The notes: a model not told the origin generated them from the letters alone. A DNA stretch of 64,000 bases from Armatimonadota bacterium (GCA_041690135.1 JAWLHY010000018.1:96001-160000); one strand, 5' to 3'. Positions 28,404 through 39,244 are shown, counted from the first letter of the stretch. Made by a program: numbers and translations.

Positions 28404-30986
28404 TTATCTGCCCCGTCCACTCAGGTTGATGTTCAAGACCCTCTTTCGCGGATCCGTGCTGGTGATTGCCAGCTTGCCGGAGAACCGACCCTTGGCAGGC
28501 GGAGTGAAGCTCACTTCAATCTCCCGCGTCTCGCCGGGGGCCAGGGGAAACTCTGGTCGCGTCGCAGGGCCGACAAAGGGTGCCGGCGTCCAGCCGACCA
28601 GCGCGGCGATGAACTCGCGTCCGGTATTTTTGATCCGTAGCTTCCGGGTCACCGGTGGTGATCCGAGCTTCACGTTGCCGAAGTTCAACGTCCTCGGCGT
28701 GACTACCAGTCTTCCTCCGGGCGGAACATAGGCGCTCGTGATTTTTGCGACGAACGCATCCGTGATCTCGGCGATGGGCGTTCGCCGGTTGGATTTTCGG
28801 GCTGCCTGCGCCTGGATGGCGTTGGCGGTCTCGAAGTTCTTGAGGAAGACATCCCCGGTCAGGTACATATTGCCGAGTGCGTCGACAGCGATGGCCTGTG
28901 CGGACGCGAGGATGAACGAAGTCGAGACGATCTCCGTTCCGGTCGGATTGAGCCGCGCCACGAAGGTCCCCCGCGCGAAGTTGGGAGGCATCTCGGTGCG
29001 GATAGGGTAGGTCCGATCCGTGTCGCCCACCACGTACACATGTCCGTCCGCCCGCAGGCCGATATCCACCCCCAGGTTCGCCGCGATGAAGGTGGTGTAA
29101 ACCAGGCTACTCCCCTCCGGGTTCAGTTTCACCACGCAGGCGTAACGCTGGCCGGTGCCGAAAGACGTGTGATTCTCAATGGCGCGGGGGAAGTCCTTGG
29201 ATGAGATGTAGCCGGTGATGTAGGCGTTTCCCTGCGGATCGACCGCGATGCCCTTTCCGAAGTCGGTGCTGCTTCCCCCGAGGTAAGTGGAATAGACCAG
29301 TTCCCCCGCGCGACTTACTTTGCTGACGAAGAAGTCGTTGAAGCCACCGCCGAAAAGTGGCTGAACGGCATTGAGTACCGGGAAGTTGTTACTGTCTTTC
29401 GTGGGGACGTAGGTGGTACCCACGATGTAGACGTCTCCCGCACCGTCTACGGCCATGCCGGCGGGTTCGTCGATTCCGTTGTTTCCGCCCAGGTAGCTGG
29501 AATAGGCCAGAGCCGTGCCGGCGGCATTGAAGCGGGCCACGAACACATCTCCGCGTCCCCCATCTCCCGAATCCTGGAACGGGTTGACCAGCGGGAAGAA
29601 GAAGTCGTCGAAAGTGATGCCGCACACGGTGGCTTCTCCCTGGTTGGACACGGTGATGCAGCGCCCACCGTCCGGTTCCGGAGCTCCGAGGTAGGTGGAG
29701 AAGATCAATCCGGAGCCTTCGGGATTGAGTTTGGTGACGAACGCGTCCGGAGCATCTTGTGAATCCTTGCCGGTGCTTCGCACGGGTTGGACGGCATTCA
29801 ATACCGGAAAATCATCCGAGTTGGTAGCGCCCGTCAGATAGGCGTGGCCGCTCCCATCCACCGCAATGTCGTAACCCGCTTCGCCCCGGCTGCCGCCGAG
29901 ATAGGTGGCGTAGACCAGTTGGGAGCCGTCCGGGCTGATCTTGGCCACGAACAGGTCGCCGTGGTAATCCACCCCGTCCGGTCCGGCGTAGTTGGACTGA
30001 AATGCCCCAGGTGTCACGGGAAAGTCGGCCGAGGTCGTGGTTCCCATGACGTAGGCGCAGCCGTCGGCATCGGCGGCGATGGAGCTCAGGCGGATATCAG
30101 CGTCGACGAAGTTCTCCGAGCGCGACCCGCCCAGGTACGTGGAATAGACGATCACGGGATCGATGACCAGCGGCCGCGAGCGATCGTAATCGGCCAACCG
30201 GAAGCCGACCTCCGGAGCCGCCGCACCCTCAACCGGGAGGAGTGTGTACTCACCCATGACCGGAATGCGCTTGCCCCCGCGCTCCTGGTAGATGGTTGGC
30301 CGCGGCTTCCGGATCTCGCCGCTCGCGGTGCGCAACACCAGTGCGCCTTGAGCATCGATCTCCAGGGGCGGAGTGCCATTCGTTCCCAGGAGGCCGTCGA
30401 AGGCCAGGCGGATCACCGAGGGATCCGCCCCGGGATGGACGATGAAGTCGTACTCCAGCAACCCCTCGCGCCCGTAGTAGTCCAGGTCGATGCCGGCGTA
30501 GATGGCCGTGTAGTGGGCGCGCCCGTAGGTGGGCACTTCCCGCTTCCATCTCCGGGGATCCCGACCCATCAGGTAGTTCACCCGGCCCAGACCCGGATCG
30601 ATGAGCTCGCCCCGGGCATCGGGATTGGCGCCTACCAGGCGCATTCTCACCGTGGTCGCGGTGGCGGCTCGGCCCTTCCTCTGGAAGTCCCGCATGACTT
30701 TGGGCGAATTACCGCCGTTCTGGTCGTCTTCCCGTCGCTCATTGCGAAGACGCAGCACCGCCGCGTCCGGTTGGAGCAGGAGTGTGTATCCCCGTCCGCG
30801 CGAGAGGAAGTCCACCTCCGGTACGGCCTGCCCCAGGTTCGGTTCGAAGTGGGCCGATAGCCGCGCCTCATAACCCGGAGTTTCGGGGCTGTCCGGGTCG
30901 GAGGGACTGGCAGCGGAATTGCAGACGCCGAGCCCAGCGACCAGGCTCAGGGTGAGACACGCAAGGAGGGGGCGGTTGAAGATCAT
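28404..30986 (-). CDS. cell-surface SBBP beta-propeller repeat protein with C-terminal Ig-like (choice-of-anchor D-like) domain
   Basis: FEPNLGQ, LEYDFIVHPGADP, LVIDP, repeated YSTYLGG / DAFVxK; C-terminal LNFGNVKLG...LSGRG. Confidence 0.88.
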   Translation of the reverse strand: MIFNRPLLACLTLSLVAGLGVCNSAASPSDPDSPETPGYEARLSAHFEPNLGQAVPEVDFLSRGRGYTLLLQPDAAVLRLRNERREDDQNGGNSPKVMRDFQRKGRAATATTVRMRLVGANPDARGELIDPGLGRVNYLMGRDPRRWKREVPTYGRAHYTAIYAGIDLDYYGREGLLEYDFIVHPGADPSVIRLAFDGLLGTNGTPPLEIDAQGALVLRTASGEIRKPRPTIYQERGGKRIPVMGEYTLLPVEGAAAPEVGFRLADYDRSRPLVIDPVIVYSTYLGGSRSENFVDADIRLSSIAADADGCAYVMGTTTSADFPVTPGAFQSNYAGPDGVDYHGDLFVAKISPDGSQLVYATYLGGSRGEAGYDIAVDGSGHAYLTGATNSDDFPVLNAVQPVRSTGKDSQDAPDAFVTKLNPEGSGLIFSTYLGAPEPDGGRCITVSNQGEATVCGITFDDFFFPLVNPFQDSGDGGRGDVFVARFNAAGTALAYSSYLGGNNGIDEPAGMAVDGAGDVYIVGTTYVPTKDSNNFPVLNAVQPLFGGGFNDFFVSKVSRAGELVYSTYLGGSSTDFGKGIAVDPQGNAYITGYISSKDFPRAIENHTSFGTGQRYACVVKLNPEGSSLVYTTFIAANLGVDIGLRADGHVYVVGDTDRTYPIRTEMPPNFARGTFVARLNPTGTEIVSTSFILASAQAIAVDALGNMYLTGDVFLKNFETANAIQAQAARKSNRRTPIAEITDAFVAKITSAYVPPGGRLVVTPRTLNFGNVKLGSPPVTRKLRIKNTGREFIAALVGWTPAPFVGPATRPEFPLAPGETREIEVSFTPPAKGRFSGKLAITSTDPRKRVLNINLSGRGR

Positions 30987-31066
30987 AAGGACGGTAGGTA
31001 GTAGGTGGGTGCTCACTGCGGAAAGTGCGGTGGCGACACCGATCCGACTCGCGCCGTGGGCGGGTA

Positions 31067-31092
31067 GTTTCGCCTACCTGCCAGAAGGGTAA
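31067..31092 (+). promoter_or_regulatory. SigB/SigF-type promoter
   Basis: GTTT-N16-GGGTAA about 50 nt upstream of ATG 31143. Confidence 0.55.
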
Positions 31093-31142
31093 GGGCGAGT
31101 AGGCGCCAGTTCGTTGGGACCAACCCAAAGGAGGGAAAGCCG

Positions 31143-31919
31143 ATGCGATCCAGTCGAGCAGTGGCTACGGCCGCCATCGCAGCCACCGTGCTGCCTTTGT
31201 GTGCAATGGTCGGTCTCCAGGGGGCGAAAGCGCAAGGCAGGCAGGGGTCTACCACCCCCAATGCCGCCGCGGCCGAGGTGATGCGCGTGTACCAGGGGGT
31301 CTCCGACCGCGGCAGCATCCAGGAAGCCCTGGACAACGCCGTGGGCTCCGCACTCAATTCACTCCCGGGCGCGGATCGGATGGTCCGTTACCGGGTGCGG
31401 GAGATCACGGGCGAACAGGGCGGAATCGCCGGCATAAACCGGGTGCGGGTCTCCATCGAAACACTCGATGCCGAGCCGATCCGCAGCCCACGGAACTCCG
31501 GCCAGGCGCCGGTCGAAAACCTGCCAGGGGCGCTGACCTCCGAGTTGACGCTCCGCCCAAACCGCGTGCGCCAGGGCCAGACGGCGACCTTCGAGCTAAC
31601 CGTGCGGAACCGGTCGGACCAGCCCGCCCGCATTACCTTTCCCACCGGCCAGCAGTTTGATTTCGAGGTCTGGAGGGACAACCGGAGGGTGTGGCGGTGG
31701 AGCCAGGACCAGGCTTTCACCCAGGCAACCAGTGCGCTCGCCCTCCGACCAGGCCAGGCGATCACTTTCACCGGCCGCTGGAATCTGCGGAACGACCTGG
31801 GAGAGCGGGTCATCCCCGGCCGCTATGAGGTGCGCGGCTTCCTGGCTTCCGGAACCGACGGACGGAATATCGGCAAGCTGGTGGGAGATACCGAGCCACT
31901 AACCGTGACGCAGCGGTAA
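31143..31919 (+). CDS. secreted protein with dodecin-like domain and BsuPI-like proteinase-inhibitor domain
   Basis: signal peptide; GVSDRGSIQEALDNAV...YRVREITG; ITFPTGQQFDFEVW...VWRWSQDQAFTQA. Confidence 0.75.
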   Translation: MRSSRAVATAAIAATVLPLCAMVGLQGAKAQGRQGSTTPNAAAAEVMRVYQGVSDRGSIQEALDNAVGSALNSLPGADRMVRYRVREITGEQGGIAGINRVRVSIETLDAEPIRSPRNSGQAPVENLPGALTSELTLRPNRVRQGQTATFELTVRNRSDQPARITFPTGQQFDFEVWRDNRRVWRWSQDQAFTQATSALALRPGQAITFTGRWNLRNDLGERVIPGRYEVRGFLASGTDGRNIGKLVGDTEPLTVTQR

Positions 31920-31928
31920 ACACGCGGC

Positions 31929-33803
31929 TCAAGATCCGGCCGCCAGCCATACCGCCATTCCACCGGGCTCGCGATTCCCCCACGCGTAATAAGGCACCGC
32001 GGTGAAGTCGATCTCTCGCGACGGAGCCGGGGGCACCGGCCTCTCTCGATACAGGCCGGTGCCCCACTGCTCGCTGGTGCACCGGACGAGCGCGCCTCCC
32101 CGGAGGGCAATCACGCCACCAAGCAGGTCGGGATTCCAGTCCGCGCGCAGCTCGGACCCGTCGGTCAGCACGACGTCCCGCGGATCGACCCCCAGGTCAA
32201 CCTGCTCCGCACAGTAGATGAGCGGTCCCCATGCCAGGGCGATCCGGCCCGCGTTAGCAGTGACGTGGGGATGCGCGGCAATCCGGCGCACGCGCATCGG
32301 CAGGGTGAGCCTCACCGTATCTCCCGCCCGCCAGTGGCGCCGGATCTCGGCATAGGTGCCGGGCTCGCAGGGTCCGTCGAGGGCCTGCCCGTTGATCGAA
32401 ATCTCAGCTCCCCCACCCCATTCGGGAATCCGCAGGAACAGCGCAAATTCCCCGGACTGTTCCGGATGCACTTCCACCTCGACTTCCCTGCTCCAGGGAT
32501 AGTTCGTCCGTTGAACCAGCCGCGCACCCGCACCGGCCGGAAGGTGCAGATCCGCGGAGCCCGTCGCATACTGGTGCACCCATGCGCCTTCGATGGAAGT
32601 GGAGTAGAAGTAGGCAGGGAGGGAAGCGAGCAGACGGGCGATGTTGGGAGGACAGCAGGCGCAATCGAACCAGGGGCGTCGCCGGTGTTGGCCGTCATCG
32701 GCGAGCGGGTTCTGGTAGAAGTACTGGTTCCCCTCCAGGGAGAGACCGGGCAGCACCGCATTGTAGAGGGTCCGCTCGATGAGGTCGGCGAACCGCGCTT
32801 CTCCGCGCAATTGCAGCATCCGCCAATTCCACATTACGCTGCCGATGGCGGCGCAAGACTCCGCATAGGCGCGGTCGTTGGGAAGTTCGTAATCGCCGCC
32901 AAACGCTTCCCCTTCGTAGCGAGCTCCCATGCCGCCGGTCACGTACATCCGCCGCTGCGTCATGTTGGCCCACAGGCGCTCCAGGGCGGCGAGATACTCC
33001 GGGTCGCCGGTCTCCGCATACACGTCCGCGGCCCCGCAGCAGTAGTACATCATGCGCACCGCATGCCCAACCACCGCGTCGAGAGAGCGGAAGGGGGCGT
33101 GATCCTGGTGGTACGGCCGGCCGCCGATCACGGGCGGCTGCAGACCGCGCATCTCGATGAACCGCCGCGCCTGGTCCAGGTAACGCGCTTCTCCCGTCTC
33201 CCGATACAACTCCACGAGGGCCATCTCGATCTCCTGGTGCCCGCAGGTGCCCGGTCGTCCCTCCGGCCCGAACGTCCGGCAGATGAGGTCGGCGAAACGG
33301 CGGGCGACGGACAGCAGGAGGGGATTGCCCGTGCAGCGGTGGTGCGCCACGGCGGCCTGGATCAGGTGGCCCGCACAGTACAGTTCGTGGAGGTCGCGCA
33401 AGTTCGACCAGCGCTCCTCCTCCCGCTCGAACATGAAGTGGGTGTTGAGATAGCCGTCCGCCTGCTGGGCGTCCGCAATTTCAGCGATGACGAGATCCAC
33501 CAGCCGTTCGAGCTCCGGGTCCGGGCTCTCGGCCAGGGAGAAGGCCACGGCCTCCACCCACTTGTACACGTCCGAGTCGTTGTAGTAGCGCCCCTGGAAC
33601 GGGAGCCGGTTCTTCCCCGCGGCCCGGCGGAAGTTGTTGATGCGTCCGGTCTCCTCACACTGCCGGTACTGGGAGGGCAGCGTCACCGCGCGGTTGACCC
33701 TCCGCCGCGGCTCCCAGAAGGCGTCCGCCAGCCGTACCGACGAAAGCGGCACCGGCCGGAGCCGGGCGTGGGGGCTGCGAGAGGTATCCACCATTGTCGC
33801 CAT
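31929..33803 (-). CDS. glycoside hydrolase family 127 (beta-L-arabinofuranosidase-like)
   Basis: DSDVYKW, HELYCAGH, GHQEIE, GHAVR, YAESCAAIG, WFDCACCPPN. Confidence 0.95.
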   Translation of the reverse strand: MATMVDTSRSPHARLRPVPLSSVRLADAFWEPRRRVNRAVTLPSQYRQCEETGRINNFRRAAGKNRLPFQGRYYNDSDVYKWVEAVAFSLAESPDPELERLVDLVIAEIADAQQADGYLNTHFMFEREEERWSNLRDLHELYCAGHLIQAAVAHHRCTGNPLLLSVARRFADLICRTFGPEGRPGTCGHQEIEMALVELYRETGEARYLDQARRFIEMRGLQPPVIGGRPYHQDHAPFRSLDAVVGHAVRMMYYCCGAADVYAETGDPEYLAALERLWANMTQRRMYVTGGMGARYEGEAFGGDYELPNDRAYAESCAAIGSVMWNWRMLQLRGEARFADLIERTLYNAVLPGLSLEGNQYFYQNPLADDGQHRRRPWFDCACCPPNIARLLASLPAYFYSTSIEGAWVHQYATGSADLHLPAGAGARLVQRTNYPWSREVEVEVHPEQSGEFALFLRIPEWGGGAEISINGQALDGPCEPGTYAEIRRHWRAGDTVRLTLPMRVRRIAAHPHVTANAGRIALAWGPLIYCAEQVDLGVDPRDVVLTDGSELRADWNPDLLGGVIALRGGALVRCTSEQWGTGLYRERPVPPAPSREIDFTAVPYYAWGNREPGGMAVWLAAGS

Positions 33804-34004
33804 CGCAAGTTCCTTCGAGGGGGTCCGAGGAAGATCATCATCGCGGGAGAGTTCTCTACCAGTCAATGGCGATTCCTCGCAACTCGGACGCGGGGGTCCG
33901 ATCGTCTTTGGCGGGGATACGCGGACGCGGGTATCATTTCAATAGCCGGTATGGGCAGCAAGGGGTGGGCCCTGGCACCAGAGGCCGGTAGAGATAGGTT
34001 CATC

Positions 34005-34658
34005 ATGCGCGTGCTGTCTCCACCGCCCCCGCGGGAGGAAGTCGTTTACCCCGAAAGTGACGGTAATCCGATCGCGGACAACACTCGCCAGTTCGAATGG
34101 ATCTCCACCATCAAGGGAGGCATCGATGCCCTGTACCGGGACCGCCCGGACGTCTTCGTTGCCGGAGATCTGCTCTGGTATCCGGTGGAGGGTGAGCCGC
34201 GCATCCGAACGGCGCCGGACGTGTTGGTGGTCTTCGGCCGACCCAAGGGGCACCGCGGCTCTTACATCCAGCATCTGGAAGGCGGAGTCGCTCCGCAAGT
34301 TGTCTTTGAAGTGCTCTCGCCGGGAAACACCATCCACGAATTGATCGATAAAACCCTCTTCTACGAGCGCTACGGCGTGGAAGAATACTACGTCTACGAT
34401 CCGGACCGTGGCGAACTCTCGGGTTGGCGCAGAGAAGGTGGAAAGTTACAACCGATAGCGGAGATGAATGGCTGGGTGAGCCCTCGCCTGGGTGTCCGAT
34501 TTGGGCTGACGGATCACGAGCTTGTGCTCACCGGTCCCGATGGGACTTCCTTCGCTTCCTATGTCGAATTAGCCCGTCAACGGGACGAGGAACGCGCTCG
34601 TGCCGCCCGGCTCGCAGCGCGGCTGCGGGAGCTGGGCGTCGATCCGGATCAACTCTGA
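34005..34658 (+). CDS. Uma2-family (PD-(D/E)XK) putative endonuclease
   Basis: YPESDGNPIADNT, APDVLVVFG, PQVVFEVLSPGN, YGVEEYYVYDP; true start far downstream of the 797-aa ORF call. Confidence 0.92.
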   Translation: MRVLSPPPPREEVVYPESDGNPIADNTRQFEWISTIKGGIDALYRDRPDVFVAGDLLWYPVEGEPRIRTAPDVLVVFGRPKGHRGSYIQHLEGGVAPQVVFEVLSPGNTIHELIDKTLFYERYGVEEYYVYDPDRGELSGWRREGGKLQPIAEMNGWVSPRLGVRFGLTDHELVLTGPDGTSFASYVELARQRDEERARAARLAARLRELGVDPDQL

Positions 34659-34661
34659 CCG

Positions 34662-35117
34662 TCATCTGCACGCTGCACCATCCGGAAGTTGACCGGCCCG
34701 GATGAGATAGGTGACCCACAGGCTCACCCGCCAGGCCGCCACCACGGCGAGAAACGCGAGATTCAGCCAGGTCGCGGTCGACATCGAGACCCAGCGCTCC
34801 ACCGGAAGGGCGTAGAGGATGGCCGGCGGCGCGGTCAGGCAGACGGCCGTCAGCACCTGGAAGTAGCTCCACTTTGCGGGCCGGAGCGGCAGCGTTACCA
34901 GCCAGAGCACCAGCGCCAGCACGAACACGTAGGCGACGGACCCCACCCCCAGCATCTGCAGCGGCCCGGCCATTGGGTCGTCCCACCAGCGCCCGATGCC
35001 CGCGGCCCAGGTCCAGAGCAGCCCGGCGGCCAGGTGACCCCAGCCCAGGTTTTGGAGTTCCTTCGGAGAGGCCCGGAAGGTGAGAAATCTCCAGTGGAAC
35101 GCGAGGATCTCTTTCAC
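34662..35117 (-). CDS. hypothetical membrane protein
   Basis: GTG start VKEILAF; four TM segments; GIGRWWDDP and TAPPAILYALPVE. Confidence 0.65.
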   Translation of the reverse strand: MKEILAFHWRFLTFRASPKELQNLGWGHLAAGLLWTWAAGIGRWWDDPMAGPLQMLGVGSVAYVFVLALVLWLVTLPLRPAKWSYFQVLTAVCLTAPPAILYALPVERWVSMSTATWLNLAFLAVVAAWRVSLWVTYLIRAGQLPDGAACR

Positions 35118-35452
35118 AGGGGGCCTTTCCCGATCTCCGGGGAGCGCACGACGAAGATTCGCCTGGATGTCTTTTCTCGGACAGTTCCGTCCCAACCTCC
35201 CGGGCGCAAATCCGTGTGTTCCGGGCCGAACTTCCCCCACTTGGCTCCCGGAACTTGCGTGGCAAGTGATCCACGCGATCGGGATCCTCGTGCGACATCG
35301 CGAGCAGAACATTCGAAGGCCGGACACTGGCAGCATTCACCGATCTACTCCCGGAGCCACGGTAGAAGCAGGTTCGGGGGAATGTTAGCGTCTCCAGGGA
35401 TTGGTGCTATCATTCACGCAGGGAAATGACAGGTACACTTCACCTCATACCA

Positions 35453-35898
35453 TGATGGAACCGGAACGGCCTTTCGACGCGACATCCGAAGCCCGATGTG
35501 AGCTTGAGTGGTTGGTGGGAGCGCTTCGTGATTCCGAGATCGTCTGTATTACGCGCTCGATCTGTACCATGATAGGCGGCTGTAGTCTTGGGCCGGAGGT
35601 CATCGTGGGTAGCTTTCCGGACGCGGCGGAGTTTTCCGCACATTCACATCTGTACCGGCCCTTCGAAGTGGCGGGCCGCACCGTCTTCATCAGCCAGGAC
35701 CTCATCGAGGCACTCAATGGCAAAGTGCTTCGGCTGGTCAAACGTCGTTGGTCAAAGGACCTGAACACCCGTGTTGCCAAACGGATTTGTCGCGTCCTCT
35801 GGTACGAGGAGGCAGATCACGGGCAACAAGAGGCCGCGAATGCTTGGACCGTTCCCCGGAATGGACCCGTTCCTGGAGGCGCCGAACCTATGGGATAG
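35453..35898 (+). CDS. hypothetical protein
   Basis: ORF in a lower-GC patch; overlaps the next gene; no family recognised. Confidence 0.35.
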
Positions 35899-36496
35899 TG
35901 TCCACCCGGATCTCCTCTTTGCGATCACCGAGGATCTGCAACCTCAGATCGTACCGCGTTTCGTGGCTGCCAAGGTTCATTCTGGACCGCCAGAGGTGCT
36001 TCCCCAGCACCGCTACGTAGCGATTCGCGATGCCCGCACGCACGAAGTGGTGACCGTCATCGAGGTGCTGAGCCCCTGGAACAAGCGAGAGCCGGGTCGT
36101 AGGGAATACCGGGAGAAGCAGGGGCACTATCTACTCAGTCGCGCCAACCTGGTGGAGATCGATCTCTTGCGCGGTGGGCGGCCGACGGTGGCTGTCCCGG
36201 AAGCGTACTTACCGCCGTCGGACTACGGGGTGTGTATCCACCGGTCTCGGGCGAGCGATCCGGAGTCCGCCTCGGAACGGTTTGAGCTCATCCGCTTTGG
36301 GATCCGCGATGTGCTTCCGGACGTGGGCATCCCTCTACGCGAGGGAGAGCCGGATGCCACGCTCCACCTGGGTGCGGTTTGGGAGCGGATCTATGCTGCA
36401 GGCGGCTACGCCTACCAGGTCAACTACACCCCGCCGCCTCCCCCGGTACTGACGGAAGACGATGCCGCGTGGGTGAAGGCGCGGATTCCCACATAA
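35840..36496 (+). CDS. DUF4058 family protein
   Basis: PFPGMDPFLE, VVTVIEVLSPWNK, NLVEIDLLRGG, IPLREGEPD. Confidence 0.88.
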   Translation: MLGPFPGMDPFLEAPNLWDSVHPDLLFAITEDLQPQIVPRFVAAKVHSGPPEVLPQHRYVAIRDARTHEVVTVIEVLSPWNKREPGRREYREKQGHYLLSRANLVEIDLLRGGRPTVAVPEAYLPPSDYGVCIHRSRASDPESASERFELIRFGIRDVLPDVGIPLREGEPDATLHLGAVWERIYAAGGYAYQVNYTPPPPPVLTEDDAAWVKARIPT

Positions 36497-36497
36497 G

Positions 36498-36530
36498 AAC
36501 ACCCGCGGGAGTTGCTCTCCCGCGGGTGTT
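36498..36530. terminator. bidirectional terminator
   Basis: 14-bp stem aacacccgcgggag/ctcccgcgggtgtt between convergent genes. Confidence 0.75.
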
Positions 36531-36588
36531 GCAGTAGCTGGTAGTTTCCGACGCGGCACCCTGGCTAGGGGCCGGTAGGTTCAGCGCT

Positions 36589-37533
36589 CTAGCCGTGGGC
36601 AGCTTTCGCCTCGAGCCAGCGCTCTGCGTCGATGGCGGCCATGCAGCCGAGGCCGGCGGCGGTGACGGCCTGCCGGTAGACAGCGTCCGCGATGTCGCCC
36701 GCAGCGAAAACTCCCTCGATGTTGGTGTAGGTTGTGCCGGGTTTCACCTTCAGATAACCCCGCTCGTCCATATCGAGGATGCCCTGGAAGAGGTCGCTGT
36801 TCGGCTTGTGACCGATGGCCACGAAGACCCCATCGGTGGTCTGCTCCCACTTGCGGTCATCGACCGTGCTGCGGAGGCGCACGCCGGTCACCTTCCCTTC
36901 TTCCATGCCGAGGATCTCGTCGATGGTGGTGTTGAGCAGGAACTTGATCTTCGGGTTATTCTTCGCGCGGTCCAGCATGATCTTGGACGCGCGGAAACCT
37001 TCCCGCCGGTGTACCACGGTTACCGTGCGGCACATGCGGGTGAGGTAGTTGGCCTCTTCCATCGCCGTGTCGCCGCCGCCGACGACCAGCACGTCCTTGT
37101 CGCGGAAAAAGAATCCGTCACAGGTGGCGCATGCGGAGACGCCGCGCCCACCCAAACCGTCCGGCCAGGGGAGCTCGGTCTTGATGCCCAACCACTTTGC
37201 GGAGGCGCCCGTGGCGACGATCACCGTTTTGCTCTCGATGGTCTCGTCTTCCGTGTGGAGCTTGAACGGCCAGCCATTGAGCTCGACCTTGGTGACGTTC
37301 CCCCACACGAAACGGGTTCCGAAGCGCTCCGCCTGCTTGCGGAATTGCTCCATCACTTCCGGCCCCTGGATGCCTTCAGGAAAGCCGGGGTAGTTCTCCA
37401 CCTCGGTGGTGATCATCAACTGACCGCCCGGCTGGAGCCCGTCGATGACGACCGGATTCAGGTTCGCGCGTGCGGCGTAGATCGCGGCGGTAAGCCCTGC
37501 CGGCCCGGAGCCAATGATTGTAACGTTCTCCAT
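36589..37533 (-). CDS. trxB: thioredoxin-disulfide reductase
   Basis: IIGSGPAG, CATCDG, GGGDTAMEEA, YRQAVTAAG. Confidence 0.97.
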   Translation of the reverse strand: MENVTIIGSGPAGLTAAIYAARANLNPVVIDGLQPGGQLMITTEVENYPGFPEGIQGPEVMEQFRKQAERFGTRFVWGNVTKVELNGWPFKLHTEDETIESKTVIVATGASAKWLGIKTELPWPDGLGGRGVSACATCDGFFFRDKDVLVVGGGDTAMEEANYLTRMCRTVTVVHRREGFRASKIMLDRAKNNPKIKFLLNTTIDEILGMEEGKVTGVRLRSTVDDRKWEQTTDGVFVAIGHKPNSDLFQGILDMDERGYLKVKPGTTYTNIEGVFAAGDIADAVYRQAVTAAGLGCMAAIDAERWLEAKAAHG

Positions 37534-37707
37534 GCCACCCCCAAGTAACAACCTGCGACACGGCCGCAGAGGAGCAGGGCAAGGCCTTCCCCGCGACCTC
37601 TCGTATCTTATCTCTCCCCCTTTTCCCCCGACAAGGCGTGCGGCATTCCCTTGTCGCCGGGCCGCTTAACGCGGGAGAATGGAAGTAGTAAATGAGATGG
37701 AGAGGCT

Positions 37708-38154
37708 ATGGTCAAGATTTCGGTGATTCACGGGCCCAACCTGAACCTGCTGGGCCTACGCGAGCCGGAGGTCTACGGCGCGCTCAACCTGGAGCAAATC
37801 AACCAGCGCATCGAAGAGTTCGCCCGGAAGGAGGGCCTCGAGGTGCGCATCACCCAGTCGAACTCGGAAGGAACGATCATTGATACGATCCACGACGCGC
37901 TCCACTGGGCGGATGCCATCGTGATCAACCCGGGGGCTTATACGCACACGTCGGTCGCCATCCGGGACGCGATCGCCGGCGTGCGCCTTCCTACCATTGA
38001 GGTGCATCTCTCCAACGTGCACCGCCGGGAAGAGTTCCGACACCACTCATACGTCAGTCCGGTGGCGGTGGGGCAAATAGTAGGATTCGGGCTGCACAGC
38101 TATCTGCTGGGCTTGCAGGCCGCCAAGCAGATCGTAGAGGAGAACCGACGCTGA
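37708..38154 (+). CDS. aroQ: type II 3-dehydroquinate dehydratase
   Basis: [33 protein letters not shown]. Confidence 0.97.
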   Translation: MVKISVIHGPNLNLLGLREPEVYGALNLEQINQRIEEFARKEGLEVRITQSNSEGTIIDTIHDALHWADAIVINPGAYTHTSVAIRDAIAGVRLPTIEVHLSNVHRREEFRHHSYVSPVAVGQIVGFGLHSYLLGLQAAKQIVEENRR

Positions 38155-38155
38155 G

Positions 38156-39241
38156 ATGAACTCCCGACTCGACCGCTTCCGTGCCCGCCTCGCCGAACTG
38201 GATCTTCCGGGCGCCCTGATCCTGGAGCCGATCAACGTGGGCTATCTTTCCGGCTTCACCGGCTCCACGGCCGCCCTCCTGGTGACCCCCGAACAGGCCC
38301 GGTTCATCACCGACTCCCGCTACGCGGTGCAGGCGCAGCAGGAATGCGCCGGATGGCAGGTGGTGGTTTTGGGCGATAGCGGCGGCTACAACGACAAGAT
38401 CCAGGAGGAGATCCGGCATAGTGGTCTCACCTCACTGGCCATCGAGTCCGACTTCGTCACGGTGGAACGATTCCAGCAACTCCAGGGCAAGCTCGAAGGG
38501 ATCGAGTTGAAGTCCGTGCCGGAGTTGGTCTCGGCGCTCCGCAGCATTAAGGATGCTGGTGAGATCGAATTGACGCGTCGCGCGTGTGCCCTGGTGGACC
38601 GGGGGTTCGCATTCTTGCGTACGATCGTGAAACCGGGGATGGCGGAACGGGACGTGGCTATTGAGCTGGAGTACTTCCTGAAGAAGAACGGAAGCGAAGA
38701 TGAAGGGTTCGATACCATCGTGGCTTCCGGAGTCCGGTCGGCTCTCCCCCACGGGCGGGCATCGGGGAAGCTTTTAGAGGCGGGCGACTTCGTGACCTTC
38801 GACTTCGGCGCGCGGGTTGAGGGTTACCACGCCGATATCACGCGAACCGTGGTGCTGGGCCGGGCCACGGAGCGCCAGCGCGAGGTCTATCACACCGTAC
38901 TGGAGGCCCAGTTGGCGGCCCTTGGAGCGATCCGTGCCGGGGTCGAGGGGAAGGCCGTGGACGCGGTGGCCCGGGACCTGATCCGCGAACGTGGTTTTGG
39001 GCAGTACTTCGGGCACGGACTGGGACATGGCCTGGGCCGTGTCGTTCACGACTACCCGTCACGCGCACTCTCTCCGAAATCCGACACCGTTCTCCAATCG
39101 GGAATGATCGTGACGGTGGAGCCGGGAATCTACATCGAGGGCTGGGGAGGCGTTCGAATCGAGGATGACGTGGTGGTGACGGAGAGCGGCTGCGAGATCC
39201 TCACCCACTCGACCAAAGAATTGATTGAGATCCCGGTCTAG
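38156..39241 (+). CDS. Xaa-Pro aminopeptidase (M24B)
   Basis: SALPHG, DFGA...ADITRT, HGLGHGLG, TVEPGIY, RIEDD. Confidence 0.93.
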   Translation: MNSRLDRFRARLAELDLPGALILEPINVGYLSGFTGSTAALLVTPEQARFITDSRYAVQAQQECAGWQVVVLGDSGGYNDKIQEEIRHSGLTSLAIESDFVTVERFQQLQGKLEGIELKSVPELVSALRSIKDAGEIELTRRACALVDRGFAFLRTIVKPGMAERDVAIELEYFLKKNGSEDEGFDTIVASGVRSALPHGRASGKLLEAGDFVTFDFGARVEGYHADITRTVVLGRATERQREVYHTVLEAQLAALGAIRAGVEGKAVDAVARDLIRERGFGQYFGHGLGHGLGRVVHDYPSRALSPKSDTVLQSGMIVTVEPGIYIEGWGGVRIEDDVVVTESGCEILTHSTKELIEIPV

Positions 39242-39244
39242 CGC

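Noticed and set aside
32265-34004. N-terminal 580 aa of the 797-aa ORF
   Set aside because: Antisense shadow of the GH127 gene; only 34005-34658 (Uma2) looks like a real protein.
34005-36496. Uma2 + DUF4058 as a defence system
   Set aside because: Both families are commonly scattered as solo paralogs; no methylase, ATPase or operon structure here.
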